64,000 nucleotides of DNA from an uncultured Candidatus Woesearchaeota archaeon (GTDB lineage: Archaea; Nanobdellota; Nanobdellia; Woesearchaeales; GW2011-AR9), in assembly GCA_902529885.1 (NCBI GenBank), contig CABZYC010000001.1, positions 25,719 to 89,718 on the forward strand, written 5' to 3'. The position numbers and the translations under genes were made by a program. Each line of letters starts with the position of its first letter. Positions within the stretch are counted from its first letter, which is position 1. This document shows positions 30,314 through 40,406 of this stretch, one piece after another. The notes beneath the pieces were generated by a model, which worked only from the letters and a program-made list of their open reading frames with translations, had not been told where the DNA came from and did no database searches.

Positions 30314-31022
30314 TTAAAACTAGTAAAGTTGTACAGTACATCCGTACAATGTTTAAATCAATGTTGATTAAAGGTATTCGTGCCATTGGGTGTAATAGAT
30401 AAAAGTATAAAGGCATATAACCATACAAAGATACATCAAACACTTTCTCAAACAACGGTTTGTTTGGTCGGATAGTACTATTCCCAGACATAGCTTTAAA
30501 CAAATCAGCTTTGTACACGTTCCAAGTAGTAATTTGTTTTATCCATAACTGAATATCATAATGTGTCCATGCCTTAGTTTTCAACAATTTTTTCATGCCT
30601 CGCCGACTTATTAAGTAGGCCGCACTACTACCATTCAAAACTAAAGGTAACTTGATACCTTCCCTTCGAGGCCCATTATAATGTAATTTTACAACATCGA
30701 ATTCAGGATATTTATGTATTAACTTCTGAACTTTATCTTGCCAATCATCAACTACAGGTCTTGCATCATCTTCCAGGATCACAGCATATTGGTCACCGTT
30801 ACGGTACGATTCAATAACGGTGTGATAATGTGATAATGCACAACCAATGGCTCCCCTTGGCATAAAAAGTCGACCGAATACCGATAAGTGAGGATAACAT
30901 AAAACCAAATTCAGTTTTGAGCCGTCATAGGCAGAAATACGTTCTGCAAAAGGTATTACATCTTCCATAGCTCTACGCCTTTTCTCGTTAGAATCTAAGT
31001 TTATGTAATAAGTTCGTATCAT
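30291..31022 (-). CDS. Glycosyltransferase family 25-like (LPS/LOS-type) protein
   Basis: 243 aa. The N-terminal YYINLDSNEKRRRAMED resembles the GT25 signature (Y.INL.R..(E/D)RR). Confidence 0.55.
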   Translation of the reverse strand: MIRTYYINLDSNEKRRRAMEDVIPFAERISAYDGSKLNLVLCYPHLSVFGRLFMPRGAIGCALSHYHTVIESYRNGDQYAVILEDDARPVVDDWQDKVQKLIHKYPEFDVVKLHYNGPRREGIKLPLVLNGSSAAYLISRRGMKKLLKTKAWTHYDIQLWIKQITTWNVYKADLFKAMSGNSTIRPNKPLFEKVFDVSLYGYMPLYFYLLHPMARIPLINIDLNIVRMYCTTLLVLIMFYLLV

Positions 31023-31027
31023 GATAA

Positions 31028-31113
31028 TGGTGTGAACGGCAGGGTTCGAACCTGCGTAGACACTAAGTCAACGGGTCCTAAGCCCGCCCCGTTTGACCAC
31101 TCCGGCACATCCA
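31028..31113 (-). tRNA. tRNA-Leu (TAG)
   Basis: Reverse complement GUGGAUGUGCCGGAGUGGUCAAACGGGGCGGGCUUAGGACCCGUUGACUUAGUGUCUACGCAGGUUCGAACCCUGCCGUUCACACCA. Long variable arm, anticodon loop CUUAGGA, discriminator A, CCA encoded. Confidence 0.8.
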
Positions 31114-31190
31114 CAATAACTTTTATCGAACAGCTATTATTTAAAAAACTACCGATAGCAATATAAACATATTCAATGCATTAACGTACC

Positions 31191-31769
31191 ATGAAACGAA
31201 TCTTATTATTACTCATAATTATTGGATGCGCACAAGTTGAATGCGACGATTCATGCCTGTTTGATTTACGAGAATGTGAAGGTATTACTTCAAACATAAT
31301 CAAAGATACATGTTACGCAGAAACAGCAATTGAAAGTGATAACGTTACATTATGCGATAATATTTCTAGTATTAAAACAAACGATTATTGTGTTACACAA
31401 TTCATTAAAGAAAACGATGATCACACTCAATGTGATAGTTTAAACACCGAATATTGGACTGAAAATTGTTACGAGTTTTATGCAGAAACAAACGTGAGCC
31501 TTTGCGAACAAGTTCGAGACGCTGAAGAATGTTGGTACACACATGCAACAGAACAAAATAATAGTGCGTACTGTTTTTATTATGATGATAACGAAAATTG
31601 TTTGTACAATGTTGCAACACAATCACAAAACATTGAACTGTGCCAAGAAATTAAAGGAATAAACAATTATACCTGTCAAATAAAAATTGCAGTAGAAACA
31701 AACAATAGTGAACTGTGCACGGCTTTACCTGGGACATGGGAATCACACTGTCTTGAAAGAATCGAGTGA
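31191..31769 (+). CDS. Secreted periodic Cys-repeat protein
   Basis: 192 aa with a signal peptide and about 8 tandem approximately 20-aa repeats of the form C-x-Y-x(3)-A/T-x(4)-N-x-S/T-L-C (e.g. DTCYAETAIESDNVTLCDN, ENCYEFYAETNVSLCEQ). Confidence 0.6.
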   Translation: MKRILLLLIIIGCAQVECDDSCLFDLRECEGITSNIIKDTCYAETAIESDNVTLCDNISSIKTNDYCVTQFIKENDDHTQCDSLNTEYWTENCYEFYAETNVSLCEQVRDAEECWYTHATEQNNSAYCFYYDDNENCLYNVATQSQNIELCQEIKGINNYTCQIKIAVETNNSELCTALPGTWESHCLERIE

Positions 31770-31798
31770 TTTATATACAATAAAACAGACTTTATTGT

Positions 31799-33487
31799 AT
31801 GGCAGAAGTATCCAGTATCTTTGTAAACTTGAGTATTATCTTTATAATAGCTGCAGCTGCTGGTTACCTATTCAATATTTTACGACAACCAATCATTCTT
31901 GCTTACGTTATTGCAGGAATTATTTCTACTCCCTTGTTGGGTCTTATTACAGATAGCAGTCTTATTGGAAACCTCTCTATGATAGGTATAACCTTCTTAT
32001 TATTCATTGTTGGCCTTGAAATTGATTTTAAACGGTTAAACCACGTTGCCACAGTTACGACTTACGGTGGAATAATCCAAATATTATCAATGTTCATTCT
32101 TGCTACAGCTTTAGGATTATTACTTGATTTTAGTATGGTCGTAAGCATTTATTTTGGCCTGGTTGCATCGTTTAGTTCTACTATGGTGGTCATGAAACTT
32201 TTAAGTGACAACCACGAAATTAACACCTTGCACGGCCGGATCATACTAGGTATATTACTGCTTGAAGATTTATTAGCTGTCATTGCACTTAGTATGTTAG
32301 GAACTAAAAGTACGTTAGGGTTAGCTGCTATAGGAATAGCTTTTGGAAAAATCATTATGCTAGGCCTTTTTGTATACGGTTTTTCAAGATGGGTATTACC
32401 TAAATATATTGGATACGCAGCAAAACATCATGAACTACTTTTTGTATCATCATTAGGGATCTGTTTTTTATTCTCATTATTATTTGAATCCCTTGGACTA
32501 TCAGTTGTAATCGGTGCATTCGTAGCAGGTTTACTATTAGGTAACACTGAATATTCTGACGAAGTAATTGGTAAAGTGAAGTATGTTCGAGACTTTTTTT
32601 CACTATTATTTTTTGTGAGTCTTGGAATGAACCTTAACATTAATGTTTTCCCAACATATTGGTTAACAATCATTTCAATGATACTTCTCATCGTTATAAT
32701 GAAACCTTTAATTACAGTAGTAATGTGTTCACTATTCAACTATACAAAAAAACCTAGTTTTAGTACCGCAATCTACATGAGCCAAATTGGAGAGTTTGGA
32801 TTAATCATAGGTGCGCAAGGATTATTACTTGGCCATCTTACTAAAGACATATTCAGCGTGATTGTGATTGTAACATTAGTCACAATGACAAGCACTACTT
32901 ACCTTCTTAAAAATCAAGATAAATTGTACAAACTGTTTGATAAATGGACGCCAACCCTAGACAAACTTACAACTACAGGATTAGAATTTGTTTCTGATGA
33001 AACAAAGCCCACAATCATTTTGGCAGGATATAATCGAAAAGGGTATGATGTATTACGCATATTAAAGAAAAAGAAAAAGGAAGTATTAGTGGTAGACTAT
33101 AATCCTGAAGTTATCCATCATCTTGCAGATAAGAAGTTTCATTGTTTATACGGTGACATGAACGATGACGAAATTTTGCATAAACTTAATATCGGGAGCA
33201 TCAAAATGCTCATTTGCACTATACCACACCAAAAAATAGCTAAGAAGATTGTACGGTATACAAAAAAAATTAACAAAAAAACTAAGCTTATCATGACTGC
33301 TTCAACCATTAAAGTCGCACTAGACCTTTACAAAGAAGGTGCAGACTACGTAGTGTTACCAGACCATGTTGGAGGAGAATACATGGCAGAAATTGTAAAA
33401 CGGATGCGAGGACGTCGTATACGTCTTAAAGAACATCGGAATGAACATATTGTGAACCTTACAAATAGACAAAAAACAGGTGTATAA
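31799..33487 (+). CDS. Monovalent cation:proton antiporter (CPA2, KefB/NapA-like) with C-terminal RCK/TrkA-N domain
   Basis: 562 aa: about 12 TM helices followed by a Rossmann-like RCK domain (ILAGYNRKGYDVLRIL...). Confidence 0.75.
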   Translation: MAEVSSIFVNLSIIFIIAAAAGYLFNILRQPIILAYVIAGIISTPLLGLITDSSLIGNLSMIGITFLLFIVGLEIDFKRLNHVATVTTYGGIIQILSMFILATALGLLLDFSMVVSIYFGLVASFSSTMVVMKLLSDNHEINTLHGRIILGILLLEDLLAVIALSMLGTKSTLGLAAIGIAFGKIIMLGLFVYGFSRWVLPKYIGYAAKHHELLFVSSLGICFLFSLLFESLGLSVVIGAFVAGLLLGNTEYSDEVIGKVKYVRDFFSLLFFVSLGMNLNINVFPTYWLTIISMILLIVIMKPLITVVMCSLFNYTKKPSFSTAIYMSQIGEFGLIIGAQGLLLGHLTKDIFSVIVIVTLVTMTSTTYLLKNQDKLYKLFDKWTPTLDKLTTTGLEFVSDETKPTIILAGYNRKGYDVLRILKKKKKEVLVVDYNPEVIHHLADKKFHCLYGDMNDDEILHKLNIGSIKMLICTIPHQKIAKKIVRYTKKINKKTKLIMTASTIKVALDLYKEGADYVVLPDHVGGEYMAEIVKRMRGRRIRLKEHRNEHIVNLTNRQKTGV

Positions 33488-33516
33488 TATATAAGTACTA
33501 GCTTAATTACCAAAAC

Positions 33517-34437
33517 ATGGCATTCCAACAAATACGTCCGATAGAAAAAGTGCAGACTATGCTTGACCACGTTTTTTTACGGGCACGGAAGCGTACTTCT
33601 GAAAAAGTGTTCAAAGGCGAGTACCTTGTTAGACTTAAATCAAGAGAACTTTATAGAATAGACATTGTATCAGACAAAATTGATTCTATCCTTGAACGAA
33701 TACTACACGATTTTCCTGTTACAGAAAATCTTAACGAGTTTTATTATGAACTTGCAAAATTACAACTTGATTTTGAAGAGTATGAACGTAGTATACGAAA
33801 AATTGAACATGCACGCCAAATTTTACAACAAATAAGAAGGCAAAGTGCTAGAGAAGTCACTAAATCAGACCTTGGAAATGTTAAGCGGACAGGAACTAAA
33901 TATTATGGGCGTATCGCCAGTGTTCTTGAACGACACAATAAATTTTTTTCTTACCTTGAAAAATCACGGCACATTTTTAGAACATGGCCAACAGTAAAAG
34001 AGATGTACACCGTTGTTATTTACGGGTTTCCTAATGTTGGAAAAAGCACTCTGCTTAACAAGCTTACTGGGTCAGACGCTAAAACTGCAGGTTACGCATT
34101 CACAACCCAAGGAATCAATAGCGGGTTTATGGAGGTTAAAGAAAAGAAAATACAGGTGTTAGACGTTCCTGGACATTTAGGAAGAGCTAAAAGTAATAGT
34201 ATTGAAGAAATAGCAGATTTAAGTGTAGAACTTTTATCCAACGCTATAATATACGTTTTTGACTTAACAGAACCTTACCCACTAAAAGACCAAATTGACC
34301 TTTACAACAAAATTGCAAAGCATAAGGACGTATTCCCAATAATTTCAAAACAAGACCTTGTTAATTCTCAAAAAGTACCAGGGGTAAAAATATATAGTAT
34401 AGAATCTATCTTTGAAATATTGGGTGAAAAAATATGA
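33517..34437 (+). CDS. NOG1/MMR-HSR1-family GTPase
   Basis: 306 aa. An N-terminal helical domain is followed by a G domain (G1 GFPNVGKST, G3 DVPG, SKQD as G4). Confidence 0.7.
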   Translation: MAFQQIRPIEKVQTMLDHVFLRARKRTSEKVFKGEYLVRLKSRELYRIDIVSDKIDSILERILHDFPVTENLNEFYYELAKLQLDFEEYERSIRKIEHARQILQQIRRQSAREVTKSDLGNVKRTGTKYYGRIASVLERHNKFFSYLEKSRHIFRTWPTVKEMYTVVIYGFPNVGKSTLLNKLTGSDAKTAGYAFTTQGINSGFMEVKEKKIQVLDVPGHLGRAKSNSIEEIADLSVELLSNAIIYVFDLTEPYPLKDQIDLYNKIAKHKDVFPIISKQDLVNSQKVPGVKIYSIESIFEILGEKI

Positions 34438-34991
34438 TCGGAGAATATCTAGTAATACTACTCATCATCATTATTATTGCAGGCATTATACATACTTTAT
34501 TCTTGCATAACCATTCATCAAAGCGTGTGGTTGAGCCTGTTAGCAAACATCAAACAGTTGAAACACCAGTCCAAGCAGCTAAAATGACATACTGGGGGAA
34601 AAATAATGATTCAGACCTTGAAAGTGAACTTAGGGCCATAGACCAGCAGTTACGCGAGCTTGATCATCCTAAAGCAGAACCTAACTTACAACCTTTAATT
34701 AAACATACCCATAACATTGTTAAAAAATATCTTAACAATTATGATGCGAACGCTACACGTTTTACTGCAACAGAAGATGCGCACGATGTTTTAATAGATA
34801 TACATAATAAACTTAGAGAAGTTGGTGTTGACCACCATATTAACAGACCAAAGATTGAACATATAACTGTAGAAGACGAAAAAGTTACAGAAAAAATGTT
34901 ATTAAAAATCGTATCACAACTTGATAAAGGTATTATCAAAAAAAGCGAACTTTATAAAATTGAAAAAATGTTGCGTTCAATCACGCAATAG
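34434..34991 (+). CDS. Hypothetical membrane-anchored protein
   Basis: 185 aa with an N-terminal TM helix and a charged soluble domain. Its start overlaps the stop of the upstream GTPase gene. Confidence 0.45.
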   Translation: MIGEYLVILLIIIIIAGIIHTLFLHNHSSKRVVEPVSKHQTVETPVQAAKMTYWGKNNDSDLESELRAIDQQLRELDHPKAEPNLQPLIKHTHNIVKKYLNNYDANATRFTATEDAHDVLIDIHNKLREVGVDHHINRPKIEHITVEDEKVTEKMLLKIVSQLDKGIIKKSELYKIEKMLRSITQ

Positions 34992-35496
34992 TTATTTTAC
35001 AAGTACACGGCATCTTTTTAGCTGCACGAGACATTGCTTGTTTAGCTAATTTAACATTTTCTTTATTCACACGTACTTCCATAATAGCTTGACCTTCCCT
35101 TACTCGAGCAGCAGCACCCACTATCTTACCGAAAGACTTTTTCATACCAGTACTTAAACGGTCTGCACCAGCACCTGAAGCTAAAGCGTTCTCACGTAAA
35201 ACATGAAAAGGATACACTTTAATGCGTAAATGATAATCTTTACCTAAACTTCGTTCTAAAAGTTTGTTACTAGTTAAACGAGCAGACTCTAAAGCATTAT
35301 GACGTATATTAAGCCGGTTTTGACTTAATAATTGTACAGTAGTATCAAACTCACCATTAGTTCTACCAGTTTCAAACTTTACAATTTTAAGATTTGGAAA
35401 ACCTCCACGGATAAAATTTTTTTTATTAAATTTACTAGTTCGTGTATACGGTCGCTCTATGTTCTTATATGCGACGAATTTACGTAATTTTGCCAT
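34981..35496 (-). CDS. rpl10e: 50S ribosomal protein L10e (uL16)
   Basis: 171 aa; MAKLRKFVAYKNIERPYTRTSKF matches the L10e/L16 family. Confidence 0.85.
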   Translation of the reverse strand: MAKLRKFVAYKNIERPYTRTSKFNKKNFIRGGFPNLKIVKFETGRTNGEFDTTVQLLSQNRLNIRHNALESARLTSNKLLERSLGKDYHLRIKVYPFHVLRENALASGAGADRLSTGMKKSFGKIVGAAARVREGQAIMEVRVNKENVKLAKQAMSRAAKKMPCTCKITIA

Positions 35497-35531
35497 ACCT
35501 CGATGTAGATATGTTTACTTTAAAAAGCTTA

Positions 35532-36962
35532 CTATATTAAGGTGGTCTGTTCAGACCTTCTAAGTTTACCGCCACGCAAGATCCTTTTTAAATTCTCAGG
35601 AGATAATAAACGATAATCTTTCACTGACCGTACACCAGCATTAATTAATCTTCGTGCACGTACACGCCCTATTCCTTTAATCTGTAAGAGTTTTAAACAT
35701 TCCTCTTTCACACCATATTGTACACGCTTATGAAGTTTGTATAATTGTGAACATAAATCTTCATACCCAACAATACCTGCTATTTCTGAAGCTGCACGTA
35801 ATAACCATTCTGCAACATCACGTTTTACCTTTAATTCACCCGGCCGACAATCGTACACACGCAAAATTTCTTGTTCAGAGATTTCACAAGTCCATTCATC
35901 TAAGCATTTAGCTGTTTTTATACTGTTAACATATTCATCATACCCATTATCGTACACGTCAATATTAAAAGCTAAATCTTCAGTAACGATGATAGTATCC
36001 ACTAAATCTTTATCCCCGGTTTTTACTCGTAAACCAGGATACATTTCTTGGCTGTAACAAACCATCTGTAACAAACAATAATTGTTTGGTTGCTCAAACT
36101 GTTTAAATGATTCAATAAAACGGTGCGCAGTCAGTGGATCAAGATACATTTGGCTTACACGTTGTCCTAATCGCGTAATCTTTATTTCTTGATTGTTACC
36201 AGAAACAAAGTCTGGTTGTTGTTCAATGAACCCCCATTGACGAAGTTCATAAATTACACTGAAAACTAGACGATATAACTCTTGTAAATCATCATACTGT
36301 TGAGCCCAAAACGTGTTTGAAAAAAAAGTTTCTGCACTTTTAGTATCACGGATGATACCAGAACTTACTAAGCTTAAAACATGGTTCCGCAAAATTGGTT
36401 GTGCTGCAAGTTTACTAAATATTGATTCAGGTTTCCCACAGATATAACGTTCATACACCTCATCACGTTCAGAATCATTCTTTGCAATAATAATGGCTTC
36501 ACCATAATCTTCATACTCTGGACGACCTGCACGGCCAGCCATTTGAAGATATTCTAAAACCGGTATCCATTTCATGCCCCAACCACCACTAAAACGTTTC
36601 AATGTTTTTATTATTACACGGAATACAGGTAAAGATAAACCAGCAGCAAGTGTTGGCGTTGCACAAATAACATTGATACGACCATTACGAAACTCGTCTT
36701 CTATTAAACTACGTTGTTTAGACGCAAGGCCGCTATGATGAAACACGATTTTATGCGCTGCAACTCTTGATAAACGTTCACACTGTGTTGTTGGTTGAGA
36801 TAATGCACGTAATATCTGATTTGATAAATCATGATCAGTAAGTGCAACATGTTTTGCGATATCTTCTGATAACTTTTCAGCAGAACGTTTACTATTACAA
36901 AAAACGATTGCTTGCTTATTCCCAGAGATGGTCTCCAAACAAAGTTGTACTGTTGCATCCAT
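35532..36962 (-). pseudogene. Hel308/Ski2-type helicase, C-terminal half only (RecA2 + winged helix + ratchet + HhH). N-terminal motor domain absent: gene fragment or split gene
   Basis: 476 aa. It begins at the helicase-C domain start (QAIVFCNSKRSAEKLSEDIAK; HHSGL..QR..IE.EFR.G...VICATPTLAAGLSLP). There is no Walker A/DEAD domain. Only 29 nt of T-rich spacer separate it from the upstream gene. Confidence 0.6.
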
Positions 36963-36985
36963 TTAAAAAATAAAAAAAAAGAACT
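36963..36985 (-). terminator. Oligo-T tract (archaeal-type terminator) downstream of the large surface-protein gene
   Basis: On the minus strand the stretch reads TTCTTTTTTTTTATTTTTTAA immediately after the stop of gene 36992..39256. Confidence 0.4.
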
Positions 36986-36991
36986 ACTTAA

Positions 36992-39256
36992 TTATTTCCA
37001 ATCACTCAATTCTACTATACGATAAGTTAAGTCAGTAGATGTTGAAGTTGCAACACCAGTAACGTCAATATCCCATGTATAAGACTCGGAAGCTATACCA
37101 TCAGATACTTTCACTGAAACTTGTTTTTGTCCTTCATAAACAAACTGGTGAGTAATATTACTTGTATCAGTGATCACTTGTGTATCTAACCCACTAAAAG
37201 ACCATTCATACTCAATATCATCGTTATCTGCATCTGTTACCCCTACAGAAAATGTTAAAGGTTCATACACACCAACAGCCCTAAAACTCTCTTCTACTGC
37301 AGTTAACACAGGCGCTATGTTACGGTCCGCAATAACAAATTCAACAGTGATTGTGTCTGTCAAATTTCCATCTGATACTGTGAAATCTATGCTTGACACA
37401 TCTTTGTACGGGTTCAAATATCTATTAGATACCCCTGTCAACTCTGCAATTTTTGATACTAAAGTTGGATCATTCTCATAAATCAAGGTATGAGGTACAT
37501 CCCAAAAAAATGTTGTAGAGTTTAACGATGAATTAACAGGTAACCAGGATGCATTAACCGTCATCACATCGTCATCAGGATCAAATATATCAAGAGTAAA
37601 CTCGATTGAATTACCTTCGTTCACACGAACAAGTGAATCCGTATTAATCTGAGGTGCACGGTTAACATGTTCAACAGTTAATGTTACATAATCTGTAACC
37701 ATCTCATTACGATCTTTAACTGTTACTGGAACAACATATTCGCCTGCATCATCATAGCTTGGAGTCCATACACCATTACTGTCTAAAGGCCATCCAAAAT
37801 CATATTCAAGCACGTCACCATCTTCATCAGAAGCACCAACATAAAGTTCGAACACTTCATTTTCTAAGATCGTCTGATTTTCTAATTGTTCAATCTCTGG
37901 AGCACGATTTGTGTTAAACACAGTTAAAACACGATCTTCTTCAATACAATAATCATAATCGCATGCAATGAAGGTTATGTCATAATCACGTTTTGTTGTG
38001 AACAAGGATTCTAATCCAATCGCGTTGAAAAAGTTTGTCAATCGGTTAGAATTACGTTGTATTGCATCATAATCTGCGTACCAAGAGATAGTATCATTAT
38101 TTACTTCTGCATAAGTTGGTAATCCATTAATTTCTATAGTAACATTATCATTATCAAAATCTTCAAAACTGTAAGACCAGTTTAAAGTTTCTCCTTCTGC
38201 TAAACTTGTATCATCAACAGTTAAAACAGGTGCACGATTTACATTAATAACAGTTAAGTGTAACGAAATAAGTTCTGTGAATTCACTGTCACTAACTTCA
38301 ATCTCATATTCGTATACACCACTTTCATTAAAATTGAAAGTGTATGTTCCATCAGAAAAAAAAGGTTCTGGGTATATATAAGTTAGATTATCACCATCTT
38401 CATCAACTAGAGGTAACATAACTGTATAAGGTTCATCCTCATTAATAGTATCATAAATATTGTCAAAGTTCGGTGCACGATTTACATCTTCCACAAAAAT
38501 TTCCCAACTTTCACTCACTGTATATTCTTCATCCATAACAATTACAGTCAAATTGTGTTTACCAGCAGAACTAAAATTAAAAGTGTACAAACTTTGGGTT
38601 TCAATACTTAAAGAAACGTTATCTAAGACCCACTCAACTGAATATTCATTATCATCATCAACAGTTACAAAAAAGTTGACTGTTTCATTCTCTTTAATCT
38701 CCACAGGAGATGTTGTCCATACACTAGTAATATTCGGTGCACGATTAATATCTTCTACATTAATTACAAATGTATGCTCAACTTCAAATTCACCGTCATT
38801 AGTTTCAAATTCAAATTCGTATACTCCTGCTTCATCATAGCCTACTTCCCATACAAAGTCTTTGAATGGACCACTATTAGTATGAAACAAAACATCATCA
38901 TCTGGATCATACCAAAACATGTCCATATGAACTGTAGCACCTTCAAGAACGTATAACTGTTCATTTAAAGGTTCTGGAGCTTGATTCGTATTTTCAATGA
39001 TAACTTCTATTTGTTCAACAGTACTTTCTTCACCATCAGTAGCAGTTACGTCAACTACATATGTACCTGCACTGTCAAGATCAGGCACCCACACACCCTC
39101 TGAAGAGAATGGTTCCCCATACAATACACTCACATTGTCGCCGTCAAGGTCAATAGTGTTAACACCAAGAATCATTTCGTATGATTCTTGGCCAACCAAC
39201 TGTGCCATAACTAAACAAGGGAACAGTACAAGTCCAAGGAGTATATATTTGGTCAT
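36992..39256 (-). CDS. Large secreted surface protein with about 7 cadherin-like repeat domains
   Basis: 754 aa. Signal peptide MTKYILLGLVLFPCLVMA. Repeats of roughly 95-105 aa each end in (V/I)NRAP (EDINRAPNITS, EDVNRAPNFDN, INVNRAPVLTV, NTNRAPEIEQL, EHVNRAPQINT, ADRNIAPVLTA) and carry DxDGD/DPDDD acidic loops. Confidence 0.7.
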   Translation of the reverse strand: MTKYILLGLVLFPCLVMAQLVGQESYEMILGVNTIDLDGDNVSVLYGEPFSSEGVWVPDLDSAGTYVVDVTATDGEESTVEQIEVIIENTNQAPEPLNEQLYVLEGATVHMDMFWYDPDDDVLFHTNSGPFKDFVWEVGYDEAGVYEFEFETNDGEFEVEHTFVINVEDINRAPNITSVWTTSPVEIKENETVNFFVTVDDDNEYSVEWVLDNVSLSIETQSLYTFNFSSAGKHNLTVIVMDEEYTVSESWEIFVEDVNRAPNFDNIYDTINEDEPYTVMLPLVDEDGDNLTYIYPEPFFSDGTYTFNFNESGVYEYEIEVSDSEFTELISLHLTVINVNRAPVLTVDDTSLAEGETLNWSYSFEDFDNDNVTIEINGLPTYAEVNNDTISWYADYDAIQRNSNRLTNFFNAIGLESLFTTKRDYDITFIACDYDYCIEEDRVLTVFNTNRAPEIEQLENQTILENEVFELYVGASDEDGDVLEYDFGWPLDSNGVWTPSYDDAGEYVVPVTVKDRNEMVTDYVTLTVEHVNRAPQINTDSLVRVNEGNSIEFTLDIFDPDDDVMTVNASWLPVNSSLNSTTFFWDVPHTLIYENDPTLVSKIAELTGVSNRYLNPYKDVSSIDFTVSDGNLTDTITVEFVIADRNIAPVLTAVEESFRAVGVYEPLTFSVGVTDADNDDIEYEWSFSGLDTQVITDTSNITHQFVYEGQKQVSVKVSDGIASESYTWDIDVTGVATSTSTDLTYRIVELSDWK

Positions 39257-39296
39257 TTTGTAGTAGTGACTAAGATCTTTTCTAAATAAAAAAAGA

Positions 39297-40205
39297 TTAT
39301 TGTAGATAAATATCTACTATTTCAGGAGCCATGTTGATGTCTTCAACCGTGACAGTAATCATTTTTTCAACAATATCTTTCCCATCATCAACACGGATAG
39401 TTATTTCGTAAACACCGTTATCAGTAAAATCTGTCTCCCATACACCATCGTCTCCAACAGGCCCGTTAATTGATAATACTAATTCATCATTATCTAGATC
39501 AGATAATACAGGTTCAATAGTTACAGTCTCACCTTCACTTACGGTGATATCCATCACATTCTCAATTAAAGGTAACACGTTTACATCTTCAATTATTAAA
39601 GAAACAGTCTGAGTAGTGGTCAATTCACCGTCAGTAGCAGTTACAACAATTTCATAAATACCAGCACTTGTATGATCAGATACAAATTTCCCGTTTTCTA
39701 AAGGTGCAGAAACAGTCATTGTAACTTCATCACCGTTAGGGTCCATTGCTTGAGGCATAAACTCAATGATATCACCTTCTTTTGCTTCAATGTTTTCAAC
39801 ACCTGAAAGTTCAGGAGCAACATTCACACGGTTAACAACAAGGTTTACATCTTCAGTCGATGTGTGTACACCGTCAGTAGCAGTTATTGTTACAATATAT
39901 TCACCTGCATCACCATAATTTGTATCCCATTTACCATTACTGTCTAAAGGTGCAGAAAAAGAATAGTCTACTTCATCCATATCAGGGTCAACAATGTCCA
40001 CACCCAAATTTAATTCTTGGTTCTCATCTACACTGATTGTACGAACGTCAAATTCTTCTTCAGGAGTCTCAACTAGGTCGTTAGACTCTAATTCCTGTTC
40101 AATCTGTTCAATTTCGTCCATTAAAGAAGGTTCTTCAACAGGAGCATTAACACAGCCAGCGAGTACAAGCATACCCACAATCATAATTGTATACATTAAT
40201 TTCAT
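39297..40205 (-). CDS. Lipoprotein-like surface protein with about 3 cadherin-like repeat domains
   Basis: The start is corrected to MKLMYTIMIVGMLVLAGC at 40205; the ORF-track start at 40322 lies inside tRNA-Ile. Same repeat family: VNRVNVAPELSG, EDVNVLPLIEN, EDINMAPEIVD, with DPDMDEVDY / DPNGDEVTM acidic loops. Confidence 0.65.
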   Translation of the reverse strand: MKLMYTIMIVGMLVLAGCVNAPVEEPSLMDEIEQIEQELESNDLVETPEEEFDVRTISVDENQELNLGVDIVDPDMDEVDYSFSAPLDSNGKWDTNYGDAGEYIVTITATDGVHTSTEDVNLVVNRVNVAPELSGVENIEAKEGDIIEFMPQAMDPNGDEVTMTVSAPLENGKFVSDHTSAGIYEIVVTATDGELTTTQTVSLIIEDVNVLPLIENVMDITVSEGETVTIEPVLSDLDNDELVLSINGPVGDDGVWETDFTDNGVYEITIRVDDGKDIVEKMITVTVEDINMAPEIVDIYLQ

Positions 40206-40289
40206 TTTAATCCTCAAGGAATGATTCAATAACTTCATTCTGACAAGGTACGGTATATAAAGATTACGAGAATATGGTATATAAGAAAA

Positions 40290-40363
40290 TGGCCCCGCGG
40301 AGATTTGAACTCCGGACCTCACGATTATCAGTCGTGCGCTATACCAGGCTAAGCCACAGGGCC
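40290..40363 (-). tRNA. tRNA-Ile (GAT)
   Basis: Reverse complement GGCCCUGUGGCUUAGCCUGGUAUAGCGCACGACUGAUAAUCGUGAGGUCCGGAGUUCAAAUCUCCGCGGGGCCA. Anticodon loop CUGAUAA, discriminator A, no CCA. Confidence 0.8.
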
Positions 40364-40406
40364 ATGTGATTTAGCGAAACTGTCAGTTTTTTTTAAAGGT
40401 ATCGTT

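Noticed and set aside
40206-40322. N-terminal extension of the 341-aa ORF
   Set aside because: It overlaps tRNA-Ile. The lipoprotein-type signal peptide starts at the internal Met.
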